Shown here in pieces: positions 36,601-49,756 of a stretch of 64,000 nucleotides of DNA. Both the position numbers and the translations under genes were made by a program. The DNA comes from Felis catus. Lineage: Eukaryota. Location: the NCBI RefSeq assembly GCF_018350175.1, contig NC_058368.1, forward strand, positions 29,886,001 to 29,950,000, in the 5' to 3' direction. The notes beneath the pieces are model-generated. The model saw only the letters and a list, made by a program, of their open reading frames with translations. It ran no database searches and was not told where the DNA came from. Within the stretch, counting starts at the first letter, position 1. Each line of letters opens with the position of its first letter.

Positions 36601-39600
36601 ACATCCTGTTTGTTTGTTTCTTTCCCGATGAATTTTTCTTCCTATTTATTTGTACTGAAAGCCAGGGCCTTCTATTTACCATGACTCATTTTCAGGGGAG
36701 GCAAGTGGGAGGGAAAGGAGAGACTGGGGGAGGAGGAGGTATCGTATGGAAAGTGAAGGAGAAGAGGGTTTGGGAAAATCTGAGAGTGGTCGTAAGAGGA
36801 GGGGAGGGCCAGATTGAGGGAGAAAGGCATAGAGACTGAGGAGTAAGGATAAGAGGTGGTGTGTGCATGGGTAAGGGAAATGGATTACCTAGAAAGAAGC
36901 CAACAAAACAGAGGGAAAAGTTAACTTGATTGACTTGCTTTGGCTAGCTCTCTTCACCTGGGCTCACACCCAGGCATGCCAGAGGATAGTCTAAAAATAG
37001 ACGGAATTTATCACATGTGGTTGAGCAGATTGTTCCCGAGGGGGTGTTTTCCAGGGCCCAAATGGTAGGATCCCAACCATTTTGCACTGCAGAAGAGGTA
37101 ATTTACTTCACGCAAGTGAACACTTGTCTCCCTGCGAGAGCATTTCTTCCTTTCTGCTCACAACAGAATGGGGTTCAATATCCCCAGCCCTGTTGGTGGG
37201 AATTACATACCCATAAACCAAGGAAATGAGATAATTAATGGATTTTGATATTCTTTGGATGAGGGAAAGGCAGCAAATCTTTCCAGGACTCCTGACTTGG
37301 GCTCCCTATCCCACCCCTGAGTGGCAACTCAAGAATGTTTTAGAAAATTGTGCTTAAAAGCTAGAGACAGAACACATTTTTCTTTTCCCTCCCCCCTCCC
37401 CCCATGCCAGTATTGGCATCCGAAAGTGCATTTCTCACATGTAAGATTATCCCAATGGATAATTCACTCTCTGGGTGCCAGGAAAAATAGGTTTGGAGCT
37501 CGATGAGCTGCCTGCTGCTGGCTCTCTGTTTTCTGGCATCAAGGTTTCTCAATAGTGGACTCAACGGTTGTATTTTTCACCTACAAAAGAATTGCTATCA
37601 GAAAACCAGACAGCGGATAATTGTATTTCGTGAATTGACGGTGAAACTACTCGGTTTCAGCCAAGGTCCAAAGGCTGATAATGTTCAACCAGGAGAAATG
37701 GTTTGTGTGAGAGAATTCATTTTTGGGCGTTCATTTTTACTGAAGGAAAGAGGTTGGCTTAGATTTTTTGAGAAATTCTTCTCCAACATGCAGCTAGAAA
37801 GTTCGGCATCTTTAACAGCTCTAGTGAACCCTGCCATATCACAGTCTTGCATGTGAATGCCAGACTCCCAGTAAAACTGGAGGCTCCAGCTTCAACCAGA
37901 ACCTCCATCCATCTCTTCAGATCTAGCAGGAAAGCAAATAAAAATGCATGCCATAAATATCCTCCATGATGGGCAGCAAGGGTGCTGGCACCTTGCCACC
38001 TGGCTGTCTTGGACAAGGAGACACGAATCTGCTGAGTGTCTCCCTGCACGCACACCTAGGGCGCCTCCTGCACCTGTTTGGAGAAGAATCAAGATGTTTC
38101 CCCAGAAGTGCGCCAGCTGCCTGCGTGGGCCAGCCTCATCCACCCAAAGCTGCTGAGGAACAACTGGGCTTCCTTCTCCTTCTCCCACTTGGCTTACCAG
38201 GCTGACTCTGCTGTTTCCTGGGACCCTTGTGCATCATTTTCCTCTGGAACTTGAGCAAGATAGAAAGAGAGACCCATACTCTCCTCCTTGCCCTGGAAGA
38301 AAAAAAATGTACCAAGGGAGTGGGAATAAAGGCAAAGCCTGTGAATCTGTTCCTTACACACACTGGACTCATTCCCACCTCTGTGCATGCTGTTCAACCC
38401 ACTTGGAACACCCTTCCGTCGCCCATCGGCACCCATTTACCTAAATTTTATTCATTCTTCAAGACTCATTAAATCCCATCTGCTTCATGAAGATTTTTCC
38501 ATCTATGAGTTTACTCCCTCCCCTGGTCTCCTGTATCTACAATCTGTCCCAGAATTTAATGTGCATACAGACCATGCCTTGTGTTTTTTTCTCCGTTTCC
38601 CTTCTGGGCTCCCACAATGCTGTCCATAATAAGCTTCCAGAAATGTTTGTTGATTGACACTTCGAGGAGATGAGCTGAAACTCATTCTCCTTTCTGCAGC
38701 AGGGCACAGGGTCTGAGGAAGTTATAGTGTGTGTCTCACATGTAAGATCATCCCAGTGGATTTCTGGGTCTGGACCCTTACTAATGAGTCATCTTAAGAA
38801 CAAAAGACTCATCCCCTGGCCCCACAGCTCCTTTATTCACTCCACGATTATTTTTGTATAGACCAAGTGAAGATAAAATGGCTACAACATGGGAAGGGCA
38901 GGCCCCAGGCAGGGAGAAGTTCACACAGGCATGCAAGGTCCCGCCTCCCGTGCTTCCTCGCGGTGGGGAGTGTGTAAATGTTTCTCGGGATCAGACTTTT
39001 CAGAGCTCAGTCTTCAGCTCCCTCAGAGACCCCCTAAACACATAGCATGATTACGGTAAGAGGCTGAATTAACTACCAGGAGGACACAGGACAGGGAGTA
39101 ACCAACTCTGTTCTTGAGGTGGGTGATGGTGGGCTGGTCATGCACGTTTTCATGGGGCAGGAGACCTTTGAATTGGCCCTCAGTTTCTGGCCAGAGTCAT
39201 GGTCCTTTATCCTGGCCCCAGCAGGGAAGGGCCCCCAGAAGTCCCACAGAGAGATGCCCTGATTCCAGTGTCCTAGATAGGACAGGCTGTCACAGTCCTG
39301 GCAGCCCAGGGTGAAGTAGTGGAGTGTTCTGGTGATTCTTCCATCCCATTTCCCAGACACACAGAGCTGCCCGGAGAAGAGTCTCCTTGCTGATGGGCAG
39401 TTGGGAACCCAGGGGCAAGGATGGCCAAACAACTTTCCAAGGCTGGCTGGCGGTGACACAGGAGCCTGACAATACTGTCTGATGAAGGAAAAGGAAAATC
39501 TGCTCTTAAGATTGAATCCAAACTGCAAGCGGTAGGGACAGAAGGCTCAATCCCAGGGCGCCTGCTGTCAGGGATGTCTGTCAGAGCGAAGATCCAAGAG

Positions 39601-39827
39601 AGCACCCCTCTCTGGGGTCATCCACTCGCTGCACATCAAGCCCCCTAGTTGGGACGCCTGGTGGAGAGTGGCAGCAGGAGCGTGATAAGCACTGTGTCTT
39701 GGCATTACTTAAAAAACAAACAAAGCAAACTGGAATGTGGCTCTCCCTTTGGATGCTTGCTACTTCTGGTGATTTCTAATGCCACCTTCAGGATTTGCTG
39801 AGAACCTGTTGGGTGCCAGCTTTATTT

Positions 39828-40035
39828 GGGGCCCCTGAGTGGCTCAGCCAGATCAAGAGCTGACTTTTGATTTCAGCTCACGGTTCATGAGTTCAAGCCC
39901 TGCTTTGGTTTTTGTGCAATGATTGTGGAGCCTGCTTGGGATTCTCTCTCTCCTTCTCTCTCTGCCCCTCCCCTGCTTGCTCTCTCTCTCTCTCTCTCTC
40001 AAATAAATAAATAAATAAACTAATAAAAAATTTTA
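39828..40035 (+). mobile_element. Can-SINE (older)
   Basis: ggggcccctgagtggctcagcc...(CT)n...aaataaataaataa. Confidence 0.9.
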
Positions 40036-40860
40036 AGACGATTTATTTAACATGAAATAATCTGGGGGAAAACCAAAGGAGGGGTGATTCGCCGTGCGGT
40101 CACAGTCTGCCATCAGTGTCGGGACATTGTTTCATGAGAAGTGCGAGAAGATCAAGGCTCGGAGCCCTGAGCTGTGGAGTGCCATTGGTGTGAGCCGTGA
40201 TCTTGAGGGAAGACTGAGAGGGAGAAGCAGGGCATGACGTGCCTGGGGAGAATCACTGCATGGCCTTTCTCTGTGATATGTTGTTCTGACCGGTGTGGAG
40301 ACCGGTTATTACTTATCCATCCATTTAGAAAGATTTACCAAACATTTGTAATGTGCAGGGCATGCGCTCGGTGTGGGACAGACAAGGTCACTGTAGTCTC
40401 TGTGCTCCGGGGGCTCATAACCCAGTCCTAACAATTGACCAGCATGGATCTCACTGGGTGCAAGAGAAGGACCAGAAGAATGAGTCTAATAATCTCGTCA
40501 TTCATTAACCTCTATCTATTAATTTCTAAATGCCAGGAGCTGCACTAACTTCTGCTTCAGGAGCTCAGCACTTCGTGGAGGTGACATGGCAAAGAAAAGG
40601 CGCACTGGATGTGGGGGGCCCAGAGCAGCCAAGTCGGGTGTTAGGGTCATGGGGATGGGGAGAGGGTCGTGGGAGTTCCCCAAGGAAGGAGACATTTGGA
40701 TTGGGGCCTGAGAGAGGATTGTGAGGAAAAGAAGAGGAAGAGACTGGCAGCCAGAGGGAGGGTGACCTAGGCAGGGCACCTGTGTGGACAAAGGCACTGG
40801 AGGAGAGATGAAGTGGGCACGTTGGATAGCCAGAGTGGGTGCGGGCAGGTGGACAGATAG

Positions 40861-41021
40861 AGGCCAGCCATGTGCATGTGTGTGTGTGTGTGTATGTGTG
40901 AGACCAGCCATGTGTGTGTATGAGGCCAACCATGTGTGTGTAAGGCCAGCTGTGTGTGTGTGTGTGTGGCCAGCTGAGTGTGTGTGTATGAGGCCTGCTG
41001 TATGTGTATGTGTGTGAAGCC

Positions 41022-41055
<34 letters not shown>
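40861..41055. repeat. Composite minisatellite: AGGCCAGC-like motif alternating with (TG)n
   Basis: Seven motif copies at ~40861, 40901, 40923, 40943, 40967, 40991, 41017. Confidence 0.9.
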
Positions 41056-42234
41056 ACGTGCTTGGGCTCTGTCTGAAAATGTTGAATTTGTACACTGCTG
41101 AGATGAAATCTCAGAAGATTCTGAATTCTACAGTCTGACTTTGAAGGGGAACAGTGAAAATGTGGGCATGATACACCCAGAACTGCCAAATGTACATTTG
41201 CCTTCTCACTTCAAGCTAGAGGCCCACGTGAACACTGCAATAACAAATCCTCTATTTGTTATTGAGACAAGTCTCCACGTTTCCGGGAGAGGGGATCCTA
41301 GTAAGAATTCCGTGGGTGATACTTGAAAACATCTGCTTCACTCTTCAGTGAGTTCTGATGAGGGAAGCAGTTTGTCTGTGGGCCGGGATTTGGGCAGGAA
41401 GGTGGCGTACTGTGCTGGCCGGGTGGCCGGGCTGCTGACTCCCACCCCTGGAGGAGAAGTTTCCATGGGAGCTATCACTACTCTGGATTTCTACAAAGTA
41501 ACATTTCAGGGACAATCTGTATGTTTTAACAAATTACATTATTAGGGACAAAGCTGGAATTACTTCTAATCATTTCACAAGGGACATTTTAAAACTTGCA
41601 GATGATTTTGCTATTTTGTCAGGGTGGAACCGACCCATTTAAACTTTCCAGTCATATTAATTTTTAATTTAAGTTTAATGAAATTAATTCAAATTAAGAA
41701 GGTGACCATTATCAATTTCCTTTCCTATTAGTTCCTTAATGCTTTGGCAAATTGCATTCTAAACTTCTCCTTCAACGAGCTAGATACATATTCATGGGTT
41801 TCCTAAGAAAAGATGAATTTGATCTTGATATGCTAATCCATAGCCATGGCAGCAATCAAGGAGCAGCTAGGGAGAGAAGTGCATTCTGGTATTAATTATG
41901 AATCAGGCATTAAGAACTGGTAAATAATTAAAGCTTCATGTGTCACAACACAAGTTAAGAATCAGTGTGTATTTCCATTACCAAATGCGTTTTGGGGCTA
42001 TTTCCAGCTCTATTTGGATATTGATTGAACATAAACTGAGATGCAAGTAGGTAAGTCTCATTCATAGAAAACTCATAGTACAGAATTTCGATCTTACTGA
42101 ACTGTTGGCATAGGTATGCATTCAACTTCAGAAGCTGGGGCTCAGTGTTTCTAGGAGTTTTTGGGTCATCAGCCCCCTCCCCTCAAAGTTCCTTCACTCT
42201 TTGGGGGTCTGTGCAAGGGAGTCATGCATCAGGC

Positions 42235-42402
42235 AAGAGGTTTTGCTCTCCGAGTATCCACAGATCAGCAGTATGCACAGCACCCGGGAGCTGGTGGAAA
42301 GTGCAGGCTGTCAGGCCCACCGAGGCCTACTCAATCAGATTTGCTTCTTAGCAGGATTCCCAGATGGCTCCTTTGTACAATGAAGTGCAGCGAAGGCACT
42401 TC
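42235..42402. mobile_element. MER5A1-like hAT MITE
   Basis: atcagcagtatgcacagcacccgggagctggtggaaagtgcagg...caggcccacc...ggcctactcaatcaga...caggattcccag. Confidence 0.7.
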
Positions 42403-42569
42403 TCAGCTGGAGGAATCTGTGATTCTTCCGTTTCCTTGGCTGCTGCTTCTACAGTGGAAAGGAGGCCAGGTTCACTTTGGCCCACTCCGTGTTCTCAATG
42501 GCCATCCTCCCCTCCTACCCATCGCATTGGGGGTTGGATACCCCTGAGGTCCACCTGCCGGACTTTAGG

Positions 42570-42780
42570 GTGCTAGAAGCAGTGGTCCTGGGTTTGAATC
42601 CTGGTTCTCTTCCTTGTGTGCTGTGTGATCTTAAGCAAACTCCTGACCTCTCAGAGACTCGGCTCCCGTGTGAATGGCACCGCCTGCCTCACAGGGCTGT
42701 TGTGAGGAGAGAATGAGGTCATGTCTGTGGGACAGAACGCCCTCCAGCAGCACAGCGGTCTGCAAATGGTAGTCGTGATC
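42570..42780 (+). mobile_element. MIR relic
   Basis: tcctgggtttgaatcctggttctc...ctgtgtgatcttaagcaaac...cctcacagggctgttgtgagga. Confidence 0.75.
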
Positions 42781-43038
42781 ATGATGATGATGATGATGGC
42801 ACTGAGGAAAAAGTAACTTTTAGGGAAAAGAATCGATGGCCAGGAAGGAGGTGATTAACTCAGTGGACAATGGAGGGATGTTAGAGATTCTTTAAGAATA
42901 GTCATGCGTTATGATGGTCTCTGCTTGACAGCCTAAAGGGAAGTTTAAAGGGGAGGTTTTCTTGGCATGGGTTTTGGGAGAGCAGGAACAATATTCTCAA
43001 AGAGTGAGACTTGCCCTGAAAAAGAGAAGAGAAGGGAA

Positions 43039-43253
43039 TTTTAAATTTTTAAAAAATATTTCTTTAGTTTTGAGGGAGAGAGAGACCGAGCACGAGCAGG
43101 GGAGGGGCAGAGAGAGAGGGAGACACAGAATCCGAAGCGGACTCCAGGCTCTGAGCTGTCAGCACAGAGCTTGACATGGGGCTCAAACTCACGAACCACA
43201 AGATCTTGACCTTAGCCGAAGCTGGATGCTTAACTGACTGAGCCACCCAGGCA
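43039..43253 (-). mobile_element. Can-SINE
   Basis: SINE body; TSD aagagaagagaagg. Confidence 0.94.
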
Positions 43254-44529
43254 TGCCGTTAAGAGAAGAGAAGGTGATTTTAAAGTGAAATCCCAGTGCT
43301 CTGTCTGTTGATCTCTTCCCATCCTGACTTTCTCCGTATCAAAATGCCACCATATCTCTACCAAGTAAATGTGTGTGAATCATGTGGACATCACCCTTTT
43401 CTCTGGACGTGAAAAATTAATACGCTTCATGACTTTTCTACAGTTGAAATGAATGAGGAAGAGAAAGAAAATGTTTGGAATTCTGAAGTCTAAACACTTC
43501 TGTTTCAAAATCCCTGCTTTATAAAGGCAGCTACAGTTATTGTTTTCAGAGTTCCCTATTTCGTCCCCCAAACAGTGAGTGCCCATAAAGAAATTGAGCC
43601 TCTCTCGTATTTTCCACCCTGTAGAATCTCCTTTCTTTAGTTGCCTTAGTCACTTATGTTGTCAGGAAGGATGAAAATGATATTTATTACAATAATAAAT
43701 GTCAACCTCTTCAAAGACAGAATGAGCCATTAGTAGGATGGGGTTAAGGCGACCAGATGCCCAGGAAGGTTTTCGTTGTCCTTTCAAAATGCTGGGCAAG
43801 CCACTGGACAAGGATGTGAAGCTTTGGGCATTTGCCATCAGTGGCTACAGGTCACAAGGTCATGGGCTCTGGCCCTGCAGGAACATATGAATACTGAATA
43901 CACAGGGTTCTTTCTCCCTTATTCCCTAGAAGGCGCATTGTGGAATTACCCATGATGGCCCCGAATTGCCACTTTGTTCTCATGGTAATGAAAGAATGAA
44001 AAGATGGACATTAAAGAAAAAAAAAAAAACAAAAAAACCCCTCTCATCTTAAACCTTTTCAATTTTTAAGCCCATAAATATGGGGGTCAGAACAAGAGGC
44101 CCTTCTTTTAAAAAATATTTTATGTCAGGTCGTGCCATATATAATACTTAGCAAGCTTATTTTCTCTCATCTGGGAGGTAAAGGATTTTTGCCAGTTCCA
44201 CTCACAAAGCAATTTATAGCCAAATGCTGAAACATATTACAATTAGAACCTCAACTTCCCATTTAAATTTCAGGCACTGAGTTTGATCAGGTGTTAAAAG
44301 GTTCTGAAACTTTGAACTTGGTTTCAAAATTGGTTGTTTGCAGAATCTATGAGGTTGAGGGCAGGGGAGAGGAAGAGGCCAGAGGGTGCTGCTAAGGTCT
44401 GACATCAGAAAATTTCCTTAACTAGGATGACTTTCTTTTTCCTGTCTCCCCGAGCACTGTGTACCTCACTTTATGCACGGGGTGGGTGTGACTCACACTG
44501 TATATTGTCCTCATCTGGGACCTGAGACA

Positions 44530-44770
44530 ACACAGCAAAGTGGGTAAGAATTTGGACTCAGGAGCCAACTGCCTGGGTTTATATACCATGTCAGACACTT
44601 ACTAGCTGTGGGAGCTTAGGCAAGATACTCTGTGTCTCAGTTTCCTTATCTGCAAAATGCAGATAATGGTAGTACCTACCTGTAAGGTCACAGTGAGATT
44701 TAGATAAGTTAATACATGCAATGCACTTAAATCCGTGCTTGGCATATAGGAATCGGTGTATATTTGCTTG
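44530..44770 (+). mobile_element. MIR relic
   Basis: ggactcaggagccaactgcctgggttt...cacttactagctgtg...ctcagtttccttatctgcaaaatg...tagtacctacc. Confidence 0.8.
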
Positions 44771-45349
44771 CTGTTTTTCATCCCAGCTACCTGACCCTGA
44801 GCTCAGAGAAAGAATTCATCTTTCTGTTTCCATAGTGCCAGGTATATACACATTCATCCCACAACATTTATCACATGCCTACAATGAGTCAGGCCCTGAC
44901 TGGAAGAAATGGTTTTTCTGGAGAGAGGAGCAAATATTGCAATACTTCTTGCTGGGTCACATATCAGAGGGGCTTGATTCTAACCTGTGGGGAGCAGGCC
45001 GGGCTTTCTTGAAGGAAGCTGAACCTTAGCCGGATCTGTAGGATGAGCAGAAGAGCAGAGAGTGTTCTGGGTGAAGGGAGGCACCTGTGAGAAGGCATCC
45101 CATGAAGAACTGTTGAACAAAAAGAAATTTTGGTCAGCTTTTGAGAAGGTGAGGGGACCTCAACCTCTTCTTAAATTATCAAGGCCCTGGCACTCCTGAT
45201 GGCCAGGCCTTAATTCCCTGAATAAAGATGAAGATGGAAGAGAGCATACTGGGAAGAGTCCCCTCCTGCCAGGAGGGCCTTCCAGAACTCAGGGCTCTGT
45301 GCTGAAGCCAATTTGGGCACATCTATATGTTTTATGAAGCATTCCCTGC

Positions 45350-45380
45350 CCCCCCTCCCTCCTTTCTCTCCCTTTCTTTT

Positions 45381-45433
<53 letters not shown>

Positions 45434-45593
45434 TTCTTTCTTTCTTTCTTTCTTTCTTTCTTCTCTCTCTTTCTTTCCTTCTTTTCTTTCTTTCTCTTTC
45501 TTTTTTTTCTTTTGTTTTTTCTTTCTTTCTTGCCCTTTCTTTCCCTTCCTTCCTTCCTTCCTTCCTTCCTTCCTTCCTTCCTTCCTTCCTTCC

Positions 45594-45627
<34 letters not shown>

Positions 45628-45770
45628 CCCCTCCTGCCCTCCCTCCCTTTCTTTCTGTCTTTCTTTCATTCTGTCTCTCTCTTCCTTTCCTCCCTCCCTT
45701 TCTTTCCTCCCTTCCTTCCTTCCCTTTCTTCCTCCCTCCATCTTTCTCTCTCTCTTTATTTTTCTCTCTT
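45350..45770. repeat. ~420-bp polypyrimidine compound microsatellite ((TTTC)n,(TTCC)n,(TC)n)
   Basis: Visible directly; abuts the 3' (tail) end of a minus-strand L1MA fragment. Confidence 0.97.
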
Positions 45771-45964
45771 AGATTTAGATTTAATTGACGTATTATATTA
45801 GTTTCAGATGTACAACATGATTCCATATTTGTAGATATTGGGAAATGATCACCATAGTAAGTTTAGTTAACATCCATCACCACATATTGATAAAACCATT
45901 TTTTTTCAAGTGGTGAAAACTTTTAAGATCTCCTCTCTCAGCAACTTTCAAATATACAATAGTG

Positions 45965-45966
<2 letters not shown>

Positions 45967-46007
<41 letters not shown>

Positions 46008-46757
46008 CCTGGCTACAGATTTATTCAACAGAAAATAGTCTCCTCCAGCTTTACTCAGGTGGCTGACCACATCCATAACCAAAATCCACCTCTAAACTGG
46101 AGTTCAGTTGTTGACCCAATCCTGGCTTCAGCTTTCTTGTTGGCATCAGGGGTCACAGTGCTTTGTCTGCAGGTGTCTCTGTCAGCTTCCCCTCCTGTGA
46201 GTTTCCCTCCAGACCATTGGGCCCTGGCCTGCTGGTCTCAGGTTTCAGGACGGCTGTGGCACAGAGAGGCAGACACAATATCAGGGGGCAGGTGGAGGCA
46301 GTCATAGAGATACCGGATACCCTGGCTGGTAAGGTACCGGTAGAAATGTCTCCAGGCAAACTGTTCCATTTTTTTAAATTTTAATTTTTAACGTTTATTT
46401 ATTTTTGAGAGGGCGAGGGGCAGAGAGAGAGAGACACACACACAGAATCCGAAGTAGGCTCCAGGCTCAGAGCTGTCAGCACAGAACCTGACATGGGGCT
46501 CAAATCCATGAACCATGAGATCATGACCTGAACTGAAGTTGGACTCCCAACCAATTGAGCCACCCAGGAACCCCATGGCGAACTCTTCCTTTATGTAGCT
46601 TTGTGAGCTGAGAGACTATGTGGCCTTCATGACGTGGTCTTTAGGCATGTGGATGTCCTTCTTGGCCACCATCATTCCGTCCTTGAAAAGGAGTTCATAA
46701 ATGGCCATACGATTCTTCTTGAGCATCAACATTTGGTGGCCGTTACGTCTGAAAAGC
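45967..46757 (-). pseudogene. RPS10: RPS10 (40S ribosomal protein eS10) processed pseudogene
   Basis: ATG at 46732 gives [31 protein letters not shown]; later FAWRHFY.YLT..GI.YL...LHLPP.IV and EADRDT...[17 protein letters not shown]; stop at 46051; intronless; AATAAA at 46020-46025; tail decayed to (TAAA)n; internal stops, frameshifts and a deletion. Confidence 0.95.
46369..46574 (-). mobile_element. Can-SINE inserted in the RPS10 pseudogene
   Basis: SINE body; diverged TSD ggcaaactgttcc/ggcgaactcttcc duplicating RPS10 coding sequence. Confidence 0.93.
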
Positions 46758-49399
46758 CAATACAGTGTTATTAACTGTAGTCACTGTGCTGTACCTTCCA
46801 TCCACAGGACTTATATCCTTTATGGCTGTAGGTTTGTGCTCTTCAACTACCTTCTCCCCTTCACTGCTTTCTTAAACATGTATTTTAATGCCCTCTTTCT
46901 CTAAATCCTGTGATGTTTCTAGCAGCTTACTCTGATAGTAGGGTAGACATTTAGACTGCAGAGGAATGAACAATTCATTGCAAAGACACACAGGTCAAGT
47001 TTCCTGCACTGCCCTGCCCAGACCTGGCAAAACTCTGCCTTTCTTGAAGGGGATTTGTTCCCCTTGAAGGGGGATTGCTTGTGGCCACCCCCCTCACTCC
47101 TGCAGAGCCGCACCTGTACCCTCTTTGTCTTCCTCATCATGTCTTCATAAGACAAGGCTGACTCTTGACCTGGAGGATGGTGGGGTTAAGTTAAAAAATT
47201 GATTGTCTAGTCATTTAAAAGCTACAGAGCAAGAAATAAAATGTTTCCAAATTCTTACTAGTCCCCTAACGGGGAAGTTTTGGCATCGGGCAGAGTGAGC
47301 CAGCCACCATGCTCCTCTCCCTTGAGAGGAGCAGAAGTAGCCTTTGTCAATATATAAGATAATCCTTGATAGAGTTGGAAGCCTGGCTGCTTTTTTGTGC
47401 CCCTTGAGAGCAGGATCCCCTTGACTCTCAGTAACCTTTTCAGCATTTCACTCAACATGATCAATAGCTTTCCATTAATGCTCCTGGACCCAGAGGATGC
47501 AGAATAGATGAGAGAAGGCAGGTGGGGTGATAGATACTTCAGAATCACCCAAAGGTAAATGGTTATTTCATATATAGAATTCAGGATAGAGCTTCACTCT
47601 AAATATACACATTTCCCTAAGACAGGTGAGTGACTGCATTGCTCTCTGGAGGGGGCCGAGGTGGCCGTCAGCATTTTAAGAATTAGCCTACTTTTGCCTT
47701 CCTTTCCATGAAGAAGAAAATGTCCTTAGAACAAATGTCTCCCAAGAGAACTTTCTAGAACAACTGAACATGTGCAGTGACTTTCCAAAAAAAAGCCTAC
47801 GTTTTTCCTTTTTATGGTGAGTTTATTATTCCACAAAATGTGGGAGATAGGACTGCAATAGAAAGTGATTTCTCATGAGGAGCAAGATTAGGTAACTGGG
47901 AGGTTTCACATGCCAGCCTCTCTGCCATGCCTGTTCATGTGTTTCGTGTTTGGAAAATGCCCTCAGAGGTATTTAGGAAATGTGCAGAGTAGGCATGCTC
48001 TGCATAATGGCAATGCAATAGAGCAGCTATGCCAAGAGCCTTGGGCCTGTGAAAATCCCACCAGATAAGAAAGAAATGGCACAGTGAAAAACCTGGCTCT
48101 CAGTGAAGATGGGAATGATCACATCATATTTCTTTAATGAGGGACCCACTTGGACCAGGCACCCGAGTAGATTTGCAATAGCATTTTATGGGCCCATGCT
48201 TCCTTCCTTCTAGTCCCCATTGTATCTCCCTCATATAGTCATGGTCACATTTTATTTTTCATTTACTGATATATGTACTGCACCTTATGAGTTTATAAAG
48301 ACTTTCCTTTGTAATAGTCTCTTTTAAAAATAGCATTTGTTTAAAAATGATCAAAGTAATATATGGGCATGAAAAACAAAAGCCCAAAGATTGCAAAGGG
48401 GCTTATTGTGAGACTAAAAGAAGCTGTCTTACAACCATCTCTCAGCTCACCTCTCAGAAGCAACTGCTTTGAACTCTTTTAGCTGTTTCTTTGCATAGTT
48501 ATTGCTATCGATTGGTTTATTAACTTTAGACATTATTCTCTTTCTAGTATAATGTACCTCTCATACTCTATTCCCTACTCCTTCCTCTATCCTTTAAATA
48601 GATTTATTTTTGGTTGTAGCAGTGAAGTGATCATATCATTATGAGTATTTATTTGACTATCTTATACTTCAGATTCCAGTAGAATATAATGGTTGTATTT
48701 TCTTTCTTCAGTAGCTGTTGGTTTTTCTTCATGTTTCCAACGGGCTTTCTTTTTTTCTGTGTGTTGATTGCTCTTATATTTTTTACTATTCAAAATCTTT
48801 AAGGATTTGTCAAACCCTAACAATGCGTGAGTTACTGCCTGCAATGCTCTGCCCCAATTTCCTATGTGACTTTCCCTTTGGTGACCAATTCACAATGAAG
48901 CAGCAAGCTCTGTGAGGGGCCGCCATATCTTTACATCCATAACTTCTTCATACCTATCACATTGTCTGGGGTATACTGGGCATTCATTCAATATTTGATG
49001 AATGAATGAGTGACTATATTTCCACGGAGTGTTGAACAAATGAAGTTAGGCTTTCTGTGCTTGAGTGAAATTACTTTCAGATGTTAAATGTGATAATATA
49101 ATTTTTTGAATCCACCAGTTTACTTTCTCATTGTCTTTACATTTTACTCTTGAGTTCACCTTGTAAATATTCACATGTTCCCAAACGTAATCTGAATTGA
49201 AACCAGAAAGTTGGTAGTGCAAGTTTTATCAATCACATAAAAAGATTAGTTATGATTACCGAAGTCTAGATATGAAACAGCTGCCATTTATTCAACAAGT
49301 TAGTGTACTGTTTGCTCACCTGAGCAAACTACTGTTTCATATTTATTATTACTACCTCCATGTCTTTTTGGTGTGATTATTAACTATAAACCATGTGCA

Positions 49400-49735
49400 A
49401 TTTCAGCTCTAGTGACTTTGCACTATTTGGTGCCTCTGCCTGGAATTTTTTCCATCACCTCTCACTTCCCCTTCCCCCAACACATGTATCTAAATTTCAC
49501 CTACTCTGTCTTCATAGCTCAGCACCATCCTCGCTGGCCAGGCCATTTCTTTTTGTTTGACACTTGTCATGAAGCACTTATCTCCATTGTAATTGAACTT
49601 TGAGTGATTCTTTGATTAATGGCTGTTTCCCTTACTAGACTGGAAGCATCTAAGTGTGCAACCCTGTTTTGCCTTCTGTTTCATTCCTAGCTTTCTGCAT
49701 GGACCTTGGCACATAGCAGATGCTCAATTGTACTG
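49400..49735. mobile_element. L2 3' relic
   Basis: cctctgcctggaat...tactagactggaagc...ccttggcacatagcagatgctcaat. Confidence 0.65.
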
Positions 49736-49756
49736 TTAAAGCTTTCCCCCATGATT

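Larger units (their letters stand above)
45770..46865 (-). mobile_element. Old L1MA-type 3' end, interrupted by the RPS10 retrocopy
   Basis: attagtttcagatgtacaacatgattcc...ttaagatctcctctctcagcaactttcaaatatacaat | acagtgttattaactgtagtcactgtgctgtac. Confidence 0.8.

Noticed and set aside
37503..37856. 117-aa ATG ORF with a hydrophobic N-terminus (signal-peptide-like)
   Set aside because: No recognisable homologue or promoter evidence; cannot be distinguished from a chance ORF without conservation or Ribo-seq data
40861..41055. CRISPR-like repeat-spacer appearance
   Set aside because: Eukaryotic context, 8-10 nt repeats, spacers are simple (TG)n, no cas genes
45289..45826. Lys/Glu/Arg-rich and Phe/Ser/Leu-rich ORFs
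   Set aside because: Translation of the polypyrimidine compound microsatellite
47580..47632. Isolated strong donor CAG|GTGAGT as a host exon
   Set aside because: No convincing polypyrimidine acceptor or reading frame upstream; such matches occur by chance in 64 kb
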